Source of the DNA: Longimicrobiales bacterium | GTDB lineage: Bacteria; Gemmatimonadota; Gemmatimonadetes; Longimicrobiales; Gaopeijiaceae | Length of the DNA: 64,000 nt | Direction: 5' to 3' | Assembly: GCA_965219445.1 (NCBI GenBank) | Contig: CBDCNQ010000002.1 | Span: 128,001 to 192,000, forward strand | Shown here: piece after piece, positions 50,824 through 60,693 of the stretch | How positions within the stretch are numbered: the first letter of the stretch is position 1 | Layout: the number at the start of each line of letters is the position of its first letter | The notes under the pieces: model-generated | The model's input: only the letters and a program-made list of their open reading frames with translations | The model's database searches: none | What the model was told of the DNA's origin: nothing | Made by a program: the position numbers and the translations under genes

Positions 50824-52071
50824 CTAGGGCCCACCCCGTGCGTAAGAGACGACCATCCCGCCCTGGTGTAGACGATAGTGTTTTGGGAATCCCTCCTCGA
50901 AGGGGTTGGGGAGCCAGTCGATTTCGGGGTCTGCCGAAAGGGCGTCGCGCACCCTCAGGATCCGCCATCGCCACGTGTCACCGCGACGCCTGGCAATGCG
51001 AGTCGCCGCTTCGATTTCGCTAATCCCGAGGTCGAAGGACGTTTCTTCCCCTTTCGTTGCCTTCACCTCGACGTGCCACCTGATGCCGTAGTGGTTGAAC
51101 CGGAAATCGAAGCCGTGCCCGTCGCTTATCTCGTCCTTTTCGCCGTCTACGAGCGGGAGAACCTTCAGCCGTGACTCCGAAACCCATGCGCTCGGCCGCA
51201 CCGCTCGGCCCCCGAACTCCTTACGTAGATATCGGTAGGCGTGCATTTCCCCGACAATGCCAACCACTTCGGCCTCCTCCGGGGACAGACGCCGATGCCC
51301 GCTCCTGCCTTTCTTCTCCCCGCCGCCTCCAGAGCCGCCACGGCGCGCAGGCGGGCCAAGCGGCGTGAACTCGTCCTCGGCTGCCCGTGGCCCGCCGGGG
51401 TACTCCAGCGCGACGGTGTGCTGCCGAAGCAATTCCGTGTAATCGATCGTCTCGGTCTCGAAGGACTCGCCCGCGATCTCCACCTTTCTCCGCTTCCGCG
51501 CCGCCTCCCTCTCCTGCTCCGCTCGATCCCGTCGCCTCTCTTCGATTGCTTCCTCGTCGAGTCCCAGCCGGTCCCTGATCCCTTGTGGATCCGAAGGCTC
51601 GCCGCAGGCCGCGGCGAACCGCTCGTCGCCCAGGGCGGCCAATGCGAGACGCCAGAGGTCCGCATCGGACCACAGGCAAAGGTACGCCTCCGCCCCGAGT
51701 TCGGGAGCCGTCGGCCGATCGGGCACGGCGGATTCCGGGAGGTGAACCTCAAGCCAGGTTCGGTACAGGTCGTGCACCTGCAAGAGCACCCTGTTGAACT
51801 GGTCGCCATTGAGGCGGGCCGTGTCGTACGGGTCCGGGTCGATGCCGATCCCGCTTTCCTCCAGGGCAACCCGGAGCTGAGGAGCCGACGTCGCACCCGG
51901 CAGCGCTTCGAGGTTCCCCGCGTCCACGATCTCCCGGTAGCTCTCGCGGAGGGCGTCGACCACGGCCGCGAACGGGACTTCCTACCACCGGTTCGACCAG
52001 TTGTCAGGCGCCGTGAACGCGCGCGTCGCGCCTTCGATCTTCCGGAACAGCAGCGGCTCGCCGCAATCGAT
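50824..52071 (-). pseudogene. C-terminal part of a DUF3883/NOV (PD-(D/E)xK) nuclease-domain protein
   Basis: GIVGEMHAY, DGHGFDF, VEVKAT, GISEIEAA; in-frame TAG just upstream of 51963 and 5' end cut by the IS3 terminus. Confidence 0.75.
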
Positions 52072-52169
52072 TGCTCCAACCCCCGTTTCCTGGTCCAGGG
52101 TGACTAACGTAGGAGGGAGCTAGATTGGGGGCCGACACGACCCGTAGGAAGCGGGGGAGGGGGAGTCCG

Positions 52170-52436
52170 ATGCGGAAGACGAGATTCAGCGAAGAACAGA
52201 TCGCTATGGCGCTGCGCCAGGGCGAGGTTGGCACGCCGGTGGCGGAGATCATCAGGAAGCTTGGGATCAGCGAGCAGACGTACTACCGGTGGAAGAGGAA
52301 GTACGGCGGGCTCGGAGTGTCGGAGCTTCGTGAGCTCAAGGCGATCCGAGAAGAGAACCGTCGACTGAAGACGCTGGTGGCGGATCTGTCGTTGGACAAG
52401 ACGATCCTGCGGGAGGCGCTGAGAAAAAAATGGTGA
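52170..52436 (+). CDS. IS3 OrfA
   Basis: RFSEEQI, GISEQTYYRWKRKYGGL, EENRRLK; A7 slippery site at 52424-52430. Confidence 0.92.
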   Translation: MRKTRFSEEQIAMALRQGEVGTPVAEIIRKLGISEQTYYRWKRKYGGLGVSELRELKAIREENRRLKTLVADLSLDKTILREALRKKW

Positions 52437-53296
52437 GCCCGACGCAGCGAAGGGCGGGAGTCCGGTGGGCGCGGGAGGCCTACCAGCTACCCGAGCGTCG
52501 GGCATGCAGGGTGATGGGGTTCTCCCGATCCACGGAACGCTACCAGAGCGTGCGGCCATCACGGGAGCCGTTGCGGGCTCGGCTGAAGGAGCTGGCCGCG
52601 GTTCGTGTGAGCTATGGGTATAGACGGTTGCACATCATGCTGCGCCGCGAGGGCTGGCCGGTTAACCGGAAGCTGATCGAGCGCCTGTACCGTGAAGAAG
52701 GTCTTACGCTGAAGCGGAAGAAGCCGAAGCGCCGTCGCAGTGCTGTGCGACGAGAGCGATCCACTCCGGCTGCGTCGGTCAACGAGCGGTGGGCCATGGA
52801 TTTCGTGCACGATACGCTGTCCAACAGCCGGACGGTGCGGGTGCTGACGGTTCTGGATGTGTACAGCAGGGAGTGCGTGGCACTTGAGGCTGGTGTAGGG
52901 TTCAGAGGCGAAGACGTGGGCCGGGTGCTGAGTGCGGCAGCCGAGGAACGAGGGAGCCTGCCGAAGATGATCTCGGTGGACAACGGGACGGAGTTCACTT
53001 CGAGAGCGCTCGATCACTGGGCGTACTGGAACCGGGTCAAGCTTGACTTCAGCCGGCCGGGAAAGCCGACCGACAACCCGTTCATCGAGGCGTTCAACGG
53101 CAGCCTCAGGCGTGAGTGCCTATCGCAACATTGGTTCGTCGATCTGGACGACGCGCAGCAGACCCTCCACCATTGGAAGGACGAGTACAACAACGTGAGA
53201 CCACACAGTAGTTTGGACGACCAGGCCCCCGCCCACTTCGGCGGCGGCGGCCACTTCATCCCAACCCCAAATCGGCTCGGTTTCTCACCCTCCTAG
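52430..53296 (+). CDS. IS3 OrfB DDE transposase (-1 frameshift fusion)
   Basis: YGYRRL, WAMDF, DNGTEF, PGKPTDNPFIEAFNG, RPHSSL. Confidence 0.93.
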   Translation: MVSPTQRRAGVRWAREAYQLPERRACRVMGFSRSTERYQSVRPSREPLRARLKELAAVRVSYGYRRLHIMLRREGWPVNRKLIERLYREEGLTLKRKKPKRRRSAVRRERSTPAASVNERWAMDFVHDTLSNSRTVRVLTVLDVYSRECVALEAGVGFRGEDVGRVLSAAAEERGSLPKMISVDNGTEFTSRALDHWAYWNRVKLDFSRPGKPTDNPFIEAFNGSLRRECLSQHWFVDLDDAQQTLHHWKDEYNNVRPHSSLDDQAPAHFGGGGHFIPTPNRLGFSPS

Positions 53297-53430
53297 TGGA
53301 CCAGATTCGGGGGGCGGTGCAACAGGTGCTGGGACTAACATAGGATGTGGTACCGCTCTTGGGGGCAGGTCAGTCGCGGAAGCCCATATTTCGGGGGGTA
53401 GCCGAACAGATGGCACAAAAGGAAATCACG

Positions 53431-54336
53431 ATGAAACTCAGAACAACCGTGCTCCTCGCCGCATTGCTCGCCACAGCAGGGTGCGGAGGCGACGACGACA
53501 GCAGCGGGCTGCTGTCGCCCACCGCCCCGTCCCTGGTAACCGGGGTCGCAGCCCAGAACGACGCTGGACGTCAGAGCGACCCGCAGGTCGGCGCAACCAG
53601 CCTGATGGATGGTATGCGGGCCGCGATGGCGCCGGCAACCACCATCGACTTCTCCAGCGTGACATGGAGCTGGAACTCGGCAGAGACCCACCTGGAGCCG
53701 TCCAACATCCCGGATTCCAGGGTGCAGGCGGGGTCCAACGTCTGGCAGCGAGACGACGACACCGGGCTGATCCGGATCTTCAGCGACGAGGATCTCGGCG
53801 GCTGGACCTTCGTGACCGCCGGGTCCAGCTGGCCTCTGAGCACGCGGAGGCCAGGGCTGTACGTGTCGAACATCTCCGCCGCCGATGTCGAGCTGATCGC
53901 CTCCGGAGGCGGTGGCAGCGGCGGAAACGGGCCTCGGGGAGAGCCCAGGAACGAACCTGGGAACAGACCTCGTGCGGCGTGCACACTGGTCTACAACTAC
54001 CACGATTCGAGCGCGTACGACGGGCCGCTCGGCCACTATGTGTACGCGACTGACGGGGCGGGTTACACGCCATCAACGGCACAGGCCGGCTACATTGGAG
54101 CCTTCATCCACCTCGATCTATCAGGGGACTGCTCCGGCGGAAGCTCGGCCGATCGCACGGCTCTGTATAGTCTGGCGAAGCCAAACTCGTTCAGCTATCT
54201 CCGCTACGATCACTATGCGGAGTGGTCTCCCGGCGGGTCAGGCTCATGGCTGCAAAATGTAGAGGACTACGGCGCAATTCAAGGACGCCACTACTACTAC
54301 ATCGGTCAGGCGATGGCGAACTTGTCGACCCTGTAA
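53431..54336 (+). CDS. Hypothetical lipoprotein (possibly 5' part of a frameshifted longer gene)
   Basis: ATG after AAGGA; MKLRTTVLLAALLATAGC lipobox. Confidence 0.65.
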   Translation: MKLRTTVLLAALLATAGCGGDDDSSGLLSPTAPSLVTGVAAQNDAGRQSDPQVGATSLMDGMRAAMAPATTIDFSSVTWSWNSAETHLEPSNIPDSRVQAGSNVWQRDDDTGLIRIFSDEDLGGWTFVTAGSSWPLSTRRPGLYVSNISAADVELIASGGGGSGGNGPRGEPRNEPGNRPRAACTLVYNYHDSSAYDGPLGHYVYATDGAGYTPSTAQAGYIGAFIHLDLSGDCSGGSSADRTALYSLAKPNSFSYLRYDHYAEWSPGGSGSWLQNVEDYGAIQGRHYYYIGQAMANLSTL

Positions 54337-55019
54337 CCAAGATGTGGGTCCGTGTGATACTTTTTGGGACAAACGGCGGGACACAGAAACGAGGGCGGAT
54401 CGGATGGGCCGGGTCTGCCGCGGGGATGCCGGACATCACCATAACCTGGAACGGACTTGACTCACAGCTCATCCCGCCACGGCCGCCGCGCCCCACTCCA
54501 CGCGTGGAGTGCGTAGAAGGCTGCGTCGTCCAGCAAGGGCGGCGAGCTGGAACTCAGGCTCGTGCTGGACGAGCCTCTGATCCCCGGTTTACCCAAACTG
54601 CTCCGACCCAGATTCGACCCCCCGGCCATCTTCAGAGAGGTGACGGGGCGCACGCAGAGAGATGACTGGCGGGAGTGCGGAATAGGCCAGACCGACCGTG
54701 CCGAGTGCCTCTGGCGTGTCAAGCAGACCTCCGGCCCGGGGTCACTACTCGGCGGATCGTCGTACTCGTTCCTCTGGAAAGCACCGAGAGATCCAGGCTC
54801 GCACAAAATCAAAATCGGGTACGAGTACAAGGCCTGGGGTAGCTTCAAGGAATGGGGCTACAGAGATACCGCCTTCGAGGGCGTCGACGTGACGGTCACC
54901 GTGCCACCACCTCGGGCGGACAGAGGCCCGGTGACGACGCCGCTGGTGTGTGCCCCTCTGATCCCACCGGACACCGGATGGCCCTGCTCCGTGAAGATCA
55001 ACGCAGAGGACGAGAAGGG

Positions 55020-55370
55020 ACGACCCTCATCAAGCTGCACCGAGGCCGTCCCAAGATCTCGTACCTGTCCTATCCCGATTTCGACGAAGTGGCTCACCCA
55101 ACACTTGCGTTCTCCGTAGTTGTCCGGCTGGACACCATGGTGGCGACATTCCATGACTTCTCCAGGCGAGGCAACCCTCCGATCCTCCACAGGAAAGAGG
55201 CTTTCGTACCGGCAGACTATCCCTGTCGTGAGCGCTTCGCTCGATTGACGCGGCAGGAGGAAAAGCGTGGCCTACTCAATCGGGGAGAGATCGGTACGCT
55301 GCGCGGGTGGCATGAGCTCCTCGAGGCAGAGGGCTTGAGGGTGGCCGGGCATGTCCTGCGGCGGCAGTAA
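55020..55370 (+). pseudogene. C-terminal fragment of DNA phosphorothioation-associated putative methyltransferase
   Basis: LIKLH..PKISYLSYPDFD..HP.L...NPPILHRKEAFV..DYP..FARLTRQEE..GLL..IGT..GW recognised from that family; no own start. Confidence 0.7.
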
Positions 55371-55555
55371 TGGCTGACCGGGCTCCAGTCGAAGTCGATG
55401 TGCGGAGCGTAACAGGCCCAAGGTGGTGAGATACGGTGTGTGTGGTACTTGGCCAGGTCCGAGTGGACCTGACGTCGTGGTGTCTGGATATGGGGGTTGG
55501 CCCCGGGGATGCCCTTGGCAGGGATGGCCTGGACTTGTCGGTTGTCCTTGATTAT

Positions 55556-55576
55556 CTAATGAATGTAAGGCATTAG
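55556..55576. promoter_or_regulatory. Candidate TA operator
   Basis: Inverted repeat CTAATG-N9-CATTAG ~30 nt upstream of the antitoxin, preceded by TTGATT. Confidence 0.4.
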
Positions 55577-55608
55577 TGGGTTTTGGGGGGAATTCTTTGG
55601 AGGACACC

Positions 55609-55842
55609 GTGATCGAATCCGCTATCACGTCGAAGGGGCAAACGACATTGCCCAAGCCCGTACGGGAAGCGCTCGGCATACGGCCTGGGGACCGAGTGCG
55701 TTACGTAATTCTGGACCATGAGGTTCGAATCATCCCGGTGCGGCCCGTTCGTCGCCTGTATGGCGCATTCCAGTATGACGGTCCGCCTGTGACGCTGCAG
55801 GACATGGAGCGCGCCGTCACCGAGGGAGCGGTCGGGGAGTGA
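55609..55842 (+). CDS. vapB: AbrB/MazE-type antitoxin (VapB)
   Basis: GTG after GGAGG; ITSKGQTTLPKPVREALGIRPGD. Confidence 0.88.
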   Translation: MIESAITSKGQTTLPKPVREALGIRPGDRVRYVILDHEVRIIPVRPVRRLYGAFQYDGPPVTLQDMERAVTEGAVGE

Positions 55843-56246
55843 TTGCGCTCGATACGAATGTCCTGGTCCGATATCTGGTGGCCGATGACGCCAAGCAGGC
55901 GGAAGCAGCACGGGTGCTGCTGGCGGGTTTGACAGCTGAGCGGTGCGGCTTTCTGTGCCGCGAGGTGACGGTAGAGCTTGTTTGGGTGCTGGAACGGGCC
56001 TATCGATTCTCCCGTGACCGGATTGCGACCGTGCTCGAGCAACTGGTGGCGACTGAAGAGCTCGAGCTTGAGGCTGTCGATGATATTGCACGCGCAGCCC
56101 GTGGTTACCGTCGAGGCGGAGCTGACTTCTCCGACCTGATGATTGCCGCCGCCGCAAGAAGGTCCGGAGCGCATCCTCTCTACACTTTCGACCGACGAGC
56201 AGCCCAACTTAAGGGAGCAGAACTGGTGAAGGAGCCAAGCTCATGA
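55839..56246 (+). CDS. vapC: PIN-domain toxin VapC
   Basis: MIALDTNVLVRYL, ELVWVL, DFSDLMI, YTFDR. Confidence 0.92.
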   Translation: MIALDTNVLVRYLVADDAKQAEAARVLLAGLTAERCGFLCREVTVELVWVLERAYRFSRDRIATVLEQLVATEELELEAVDDIARAARGYRRGGADFSDLMIAAAARRSGAHPLYTFDRRAAQLKGAELVKEPSS

Positions 56247-56924
56247 GTACAGACTTGGAACACAGCACCGTTGGCACACCTAACCGTGAGGCCGATGATC
56301 GAATGTCAGTTTTATCCACCCTGGCTCATCAGGCTGTGACAGCAGTACCAAAGCTCGTGATTTCAGATCGATTGCGTAAGGCCGCCAAGTACGATCCCTC
56401 AAAGCAATACGAGTTTCGATATCGCGCGAAAGGTCATCGCGACCTTCCCCACGTTGTCAAGTTGTCTGGAGGACGCTCAAGCGGGATGCTCCTGTTCGCG
56501 CTCCTTGAGAACAAGATCCTCGACCCAGACCGAGGAGACGTAATCGTTTTCAACAACACCTCGGCGGAGCACCCGGATACGTACCGCTTCACGCGAGACT
56601 GCAAGGTCGCTTCTAGCCGTTACGGAGTACCGTTTTTCTGGGTTGAATTCCAGACCTATGAGGACGCCCGCAACGGCGAGTGGACCCGCATTCCATCCTA
56701 TCGCCTCGTCAATGACGAGATCAGATCTCCGGACAATCCAGATGGATTTCATTGGCGCGGCGAGGTCTTTGAGGAGTTGCTATCCTGGTCAGGATATATC
56801 CCGAATCAGTTCAGTCGCATCTGCACCAGAAATATGAAACTAGAGGCAACGCGCCTGTTCCTGAAAGACTGGTTGGCATGCAAGGAGTCCATCCCGAGGT
56901 TGGGTCAATAGGTGTGTAAATGTT

Positions 56925-58169
56925 TCAGGCGGCGTTTTTCCGCTGTTGGGTTGAGACGGGCTTTCCGTCTTCGAACTTTCTTCCTTCAAATACGTCCTTG
57001 AGGAGGTGAGGAGCGTCGAGCCTTCTGAAGCGCTTCTCCGCCACCAAGAGCAGCTTCCAGATCAGCGCCGTAGCGCTCTCGACCCGCTTGAAGCGCTTCG
57101 CCGCCGTTGTCCTGAGCCGTACTGCGGCAAAGGGGCTCTCGACCACGTTCGTCGTGCGTAGATGCTTCCAGTGGTCCTCGGGGAAGTCGTAGAACGCCAC
57201 CATCCGCTCCCAGTCGTCCTCGAGTACATCCACCGCCTTCGGATACCACGGTCTGTAGCGCCTGGCGAACGCCTCACGGGCCTTCAGCGCCTCGGACCGC
57301 CTCGGTGCGTAGACCACGGTCCTGAGAAGGTCCTTCGCCTCGCTCTGCTCCCGCTGAGGCAGCCGGTCCAGCACGTTCCTCATCTTGTGGTTCCAGCACC
57401 GTTGCTCGCCCGCCTCAGGCCATACCTGCCGTACTGCGCCCCAGATCGCCGCGTTGCCGTCCGCCATCAAAAGCCGGGGCGCCTCGATGCCGCGTGCCTT
57501 CAGATCCCGCAACACCTCGGACCAGGACTCGACCGACTCTCGGTAGCCCGATCTCAGGGCCAACACCTCCTTCGTACCATCTCGCATCGCACCGAGAACC
57601 ACCAGCAGCGCTGCCTTGTCCCGCTCGAGCCCCGCCTTCACGTAGATCCCGTCCGCCCAGACGTAGACGACCTCACGGTCGGCCAGCGAGCGCTTCGACC
57701 ATTCCTCGAATTTCCTTGTCCATCCCGCCCGCAGCCGCCAAATCGAAGACTTCGACAACGGGGCCCCCTCGCCCAGCAGGCCCCGCATCGCCAGCTCGAA
57801 GTCTCCCTCCGCCAGCCCGTGCAGATACAGCTCCGGAAGCAGAGCACCCACCTCCTTCGTCCGTCGTGCGAACAACGGCAACACCCGACTCTCGAACCGC
57901 TCCTCAATGCCTCGAACCCGGGGCCGTCGGAGCATGATCGTGCCCGAGCTCATCGCCAGCCGCCGAGCCTTGCCGTAGCCGTTGCGGTAGCCTGGCGCCG
58001 GGTCTACGACCGTCTTCCGCTCCGACTTCTCCCGGCCGAGCAACTCCGTCACTTCCTCCTCCAGAATCCGCTGGACCATCTCCTGGGCCTTCTCACGAAC
58101 CAGCGCTTCCAAGCACTCCCACGTCGGCGTGCTGGACTCACTCTCGGGTCCCACCATATTCTTCCTCAC
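56925..58169 (-). CDS. IS256 (Mutator) transposase
   Basis: YRNGY, LYLHGL, WADG, LMADG, QRCWNHK, LRTTNVVES. Confidence 0.95.
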   Translation of the reverse strand: MRKNMVGPESESSTPTWECLEALVREKAQEMVQRILEEEVTELLGREKSERKTVVDPAPGYRNGYGKARRLAMSSGTIMLRRPRVRGIEERFESRVLPLFARRTKEVGALLPELYLHGLAEGDFELAMRGLLGEGAPLSKSSIWRLRAGWTRKFEEWSKRSLADREVVYVWADGIYVKAGLERDKAALLVVLGAMRDGTKEVLALRSGYRESVESWSEVLRDLKARGIEAPRLLMADGNAAIWGAVRQVWPEAGEQRCWNHKMRNVLDRLPQREQSEAKDLLRTVVYAPRRSEALKAREAFARRYRPWYPKAVDVLEDDWERMVAFYDFPEDHWKHLRTTNVVESPFAAVRLRTTAAKRFKRVESATALIWKLLLVAEKRFRRLDAPHLLKDVFEGRKFEDGKPVSTQQRKNAA

Positions 58170-58272
58170 GAGGCATCGTTCCTTTCCCCCGGGCGCTCAC
58201 CCGGGATTCGCTGGTTAACTTCTTACTACCTAGCGGAAAGGGGTCGCCTCTTTTTTTACACACCCTTCTATG

Positions 58273-58653
58273 GGGCTGGCGGTCAAGACGCACCTTCCCC
58301 ACGCGCCGTCGGCTCATTTTTTGACCGTCGGCGTCCGCATGGTTTGGATTGCCCGGTCGACGACTCAGGGTGGGGAGGGGTGCGCTCGCAGGGTCCGCAT
58401 CGCAGTCCGGAAGACGTTCACAGCCGTCGCGTTCTCCGCTCTGGAGCGGGAACCATCCTTCTATCTGGGACTCTGTGGCCCATCGCTTCGTTCGGCTCTT
58501 CCAGGGGTGCATAGCCTTTGAGTGGGGGCTTGGGCTCTCTGCCCCGGCCCACGGTGTGTATGGATGCTGTCCCCTGTAACCGGTTCGCTTCCGTTTCGTC
58601 GGACCCCATGTTGTGACCGCTTTCGACCCCACGCTCGCCGATCCCAGGCCGGT
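58273..58653 (-). ncRNA. Candidate seek/bridge RNA region of the IS110 element
   Basis: ~380-nt non-coding end; contains ATAGAAGG and TCAAAGGC (RNA sense), both matching the reconstructed target. Confidence 0.55.
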
Positions 58654-59709
58654 TTACTCCGTCGCTTCCAGTCTCTTGGGGTCGTACGCTTCGCCCGTGC
58701 GCCACACCGCTAGCACGATCGAGGCGAGCTGACGCGCGATCGTCAGCTTCGCCAGATTCGGCTTCGTGCCCCCCTCCAGGAGTCGCTCGTAGTGGCGGTA
58801 CAAGGGTTCGTTTTCGGCCCGACCGATCACCGTCGTCGCTGCGCCCTTGAACACACGCTTCAGCGTGTGGTTGAAGTTCCGATTCAGCCCCCGCGTCTGC
58901 TGTACCGGTTCCCTTACCCACCGCCCACCCGGACCCCGCACCCAGTCCGACGAGCTCCGCATCACGACGCCCAGTCCGCAGTACGCCCAGAACCTGCTCC
59001 GGCTCTGGAACCGGTACGGCGTCACCACCACCGGCAGGAGCTCCGCCGTCCGGATCGGACCCAGACCCGGGCACGTCTTCAGCACATGCCACTCTCGATG
59101 CTTGCGTGCTTCCGCCAGCAACGCCTTCTCGGCCTTCGCCCTCAATGCCACGAGTGCGTCGTGCTCCTCGTACAGCAACCCGGCCGTCGTCCTGCTCGCT
59201 TCCGGCAGCTTGGCCAACCACTCCTCCCGGTCGCGCTTTAAGTAGACCGAGCGCCCCGCGCCGTAGGCCACTCCTCTCGAGCGCAGCACGCTCTTGAGCC
59301 GGTTCTTCACCCGCACCGTGTCGCCGACCAAGAAGTCGTAGCTCTTCGCCCGTTCCCCCAGCCGCCTGAACTGGCCCCGGTTCTTGTAGACCGTCGTCTC
59401 CAGTGATCCGATCCGCAGCTTCTCCGCCAGGGCAAACGCGTCCAGCTTGTCGGTCTTCGGGCCCCGGCTCTTGCCGACCCCCGCCACCGTCAGCTCCTCC
59501 ACGTGCGGCTTCAGCACCTCGTACAGCCACCCCGACAGCGTCCCTTCTTCCAGGCATAAGTGCCGGTTCCTCGGAATCCCTCGCAGCACCTCGATCAGCG
59601 CCCGCGCGTTCGTCTCCACCACCTGCGAGCCCAAGCGCTTGCCGCTGGGGCCTACAATCCCCAGCGTGCAGCTCGACGCGTGTGCGTCGAGTCCGATATA
59701 CCTCTCCAT
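58654..59709 (-). CDS. IS110 recombinase/transposase
   Basis: ATG 59709 after GAGGAG; YIGLDAH, LEEG, KTDKLDA (DEDD), PGLGPI, YCGL, SSD, ARQLA. Confidence 0.93.
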   Translation of the reverse strand: MERYIGLDAHASSCTLGIVGPSGKRLGSQVVETNARALIEVLRGIPRNRHLCLEEGTLSGWLYEVLKPHVEELTVAGVGKSRGPKTDKLDAFALAEKLRIGSLETTVYKNRGQFRRLGERAKSYDFLVGDTVRVKNRLKSVLRSRGVAYGAGRSVYLKRDREEWLAKLPEASRTTAGLLYEEHDALVALRAKAEKALLAEARKHREWHVLKTCPGLGPIRTAELLPVVVTPYRFQSRSRFWAYCGLGVVMRSSSDWVRGPGGRWVREPVQQTRGLNRNFNHTLKRVFKGAATTVIGRAENEPLYRHYERLLEGGTKPNLAKLTIARQLASIVLAVWRTGEAYDPKRLEATE

Positions 59710-60693
59710 GGGCATCCTCCTCTTGGGTAGGACGGGTTGGGTTGCTTGCTTGCGCGAATAATGATGAACGCGCACCCGCTCCCGGAGGAGAACGCCTCTT
59801 CGTCTTCGGGCTGCTTCGCTGCTGATCGGTACCGGTAGCGGTCGCCATGCCCCTATGATGCCTTTGATCCTAGCTCTCCATCCCCCGGCTAGGCCACTAC
59901 GGGAGTCGTTCTCGGGTCGATATCGCCATGATGTATCAGCGACATCGTCGCAACCGAGGCGGGGTCCCCAAAGAGGTCTTTGCCGAAAAGAGGAAATACG
60001 CACTGACACGTCCTTACGTCCGCTCGGAACAGCGATACCGAGATTTCTCCTCGGTTTGGCGCCCCTTCCATAATGCTGCCCTCGAGGGCAGAGCCTACGG
60101 GGACCAGGCTTGGTTCGGTGACGGAGGCGCCGAGTACCTAGCTTTCGTCGGACTTCGGGCAGACGAGCAACTTCGTGTTAAGCGTGTCGAGGCACGAAAC
60201 GCCGGTCCGGGAGCGTCCGGCTATGAGGGCGAGCATGTATACATGCCCTTAGCCGACATGGCTGTAGCCCGGGACGATGTGAACACGTTCTGGGACCAAC
60301 AAGATTGGGACCTCTCGTTGCCCAAGGCCGGAAGCCTCTCCAACTGCGTCTTCTGCTTTCTTAAGGGTGCCGCCAATCTAAGAGCTGTCCACAACAAAAT
60401 GGAAGAACAGAAGCAACAAGATAATCCCGGATTTGGTTCACTAGTGGGTACACCTTCCGATGTGTCATGGTGGATACGCATGGAACAAACCTATGGCCGA
60501 GACCTAGACGCCGAGGAGAGAGAAATCACAGGGACACCAGAGCACAATTTTCTTGGTTTCTTTGGAGCATCGAGTACCTTTTCCTATGAGTTTCTAGCTC
60601 AGAGTGACGAGTGCGAGATCACGAAATATTCGAGCACACTCCTACCGTGCGACTGTACGGAATGACCATCACATACACCCGCTGAGCCGCTAG

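Larger units (their letters stand above)
52072..53321 (+). mobile_element. IS3-family insertion sequence (IS407-like), 1250 bp
   Basis: TG...CA termini; imperfect IRs TGCTCCAACCCCCGTTTCCTGGTCCA vs (rc) TGCACCGCCCCCCGAATCTGGTCCA; no target duplication seen. Confidence 0.9.
58273..59857 (-). mobile_element. IS110-family element, IS1111-type
   Basis: CTATG core at both junctions (58268-58272, 59853-59857); subterminal IRs GGGCTGGCGG vs (rc) GGGCATGGCGA; long non-coding end downstream of the transposase. Confidence 0.88.
56896..59876 (-). mobile_element. IS256-family element (with nested IS110)
   Basis: 8-bp target duplication TCCATCCC at 56888-56895 and 59877-59884; ends GAGGTTGGGTCAATAGG vs (rc) GAGCTAGGATCAAAGG. 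Confidence 0.92.
56243..60665 (+). pseudogene. NinC/PAPS-reductase-like PP-loop protein (477 aa when rejoined), split by IS256+IS110
   Basis: 56243-56895 joined to 59885-60665 gives 1434 nt in frame; SGGRSS, NTSAEH, RICTRNMK, GLRADE, NCVFCFLK, PCDCTE. Confidence 0.85.
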
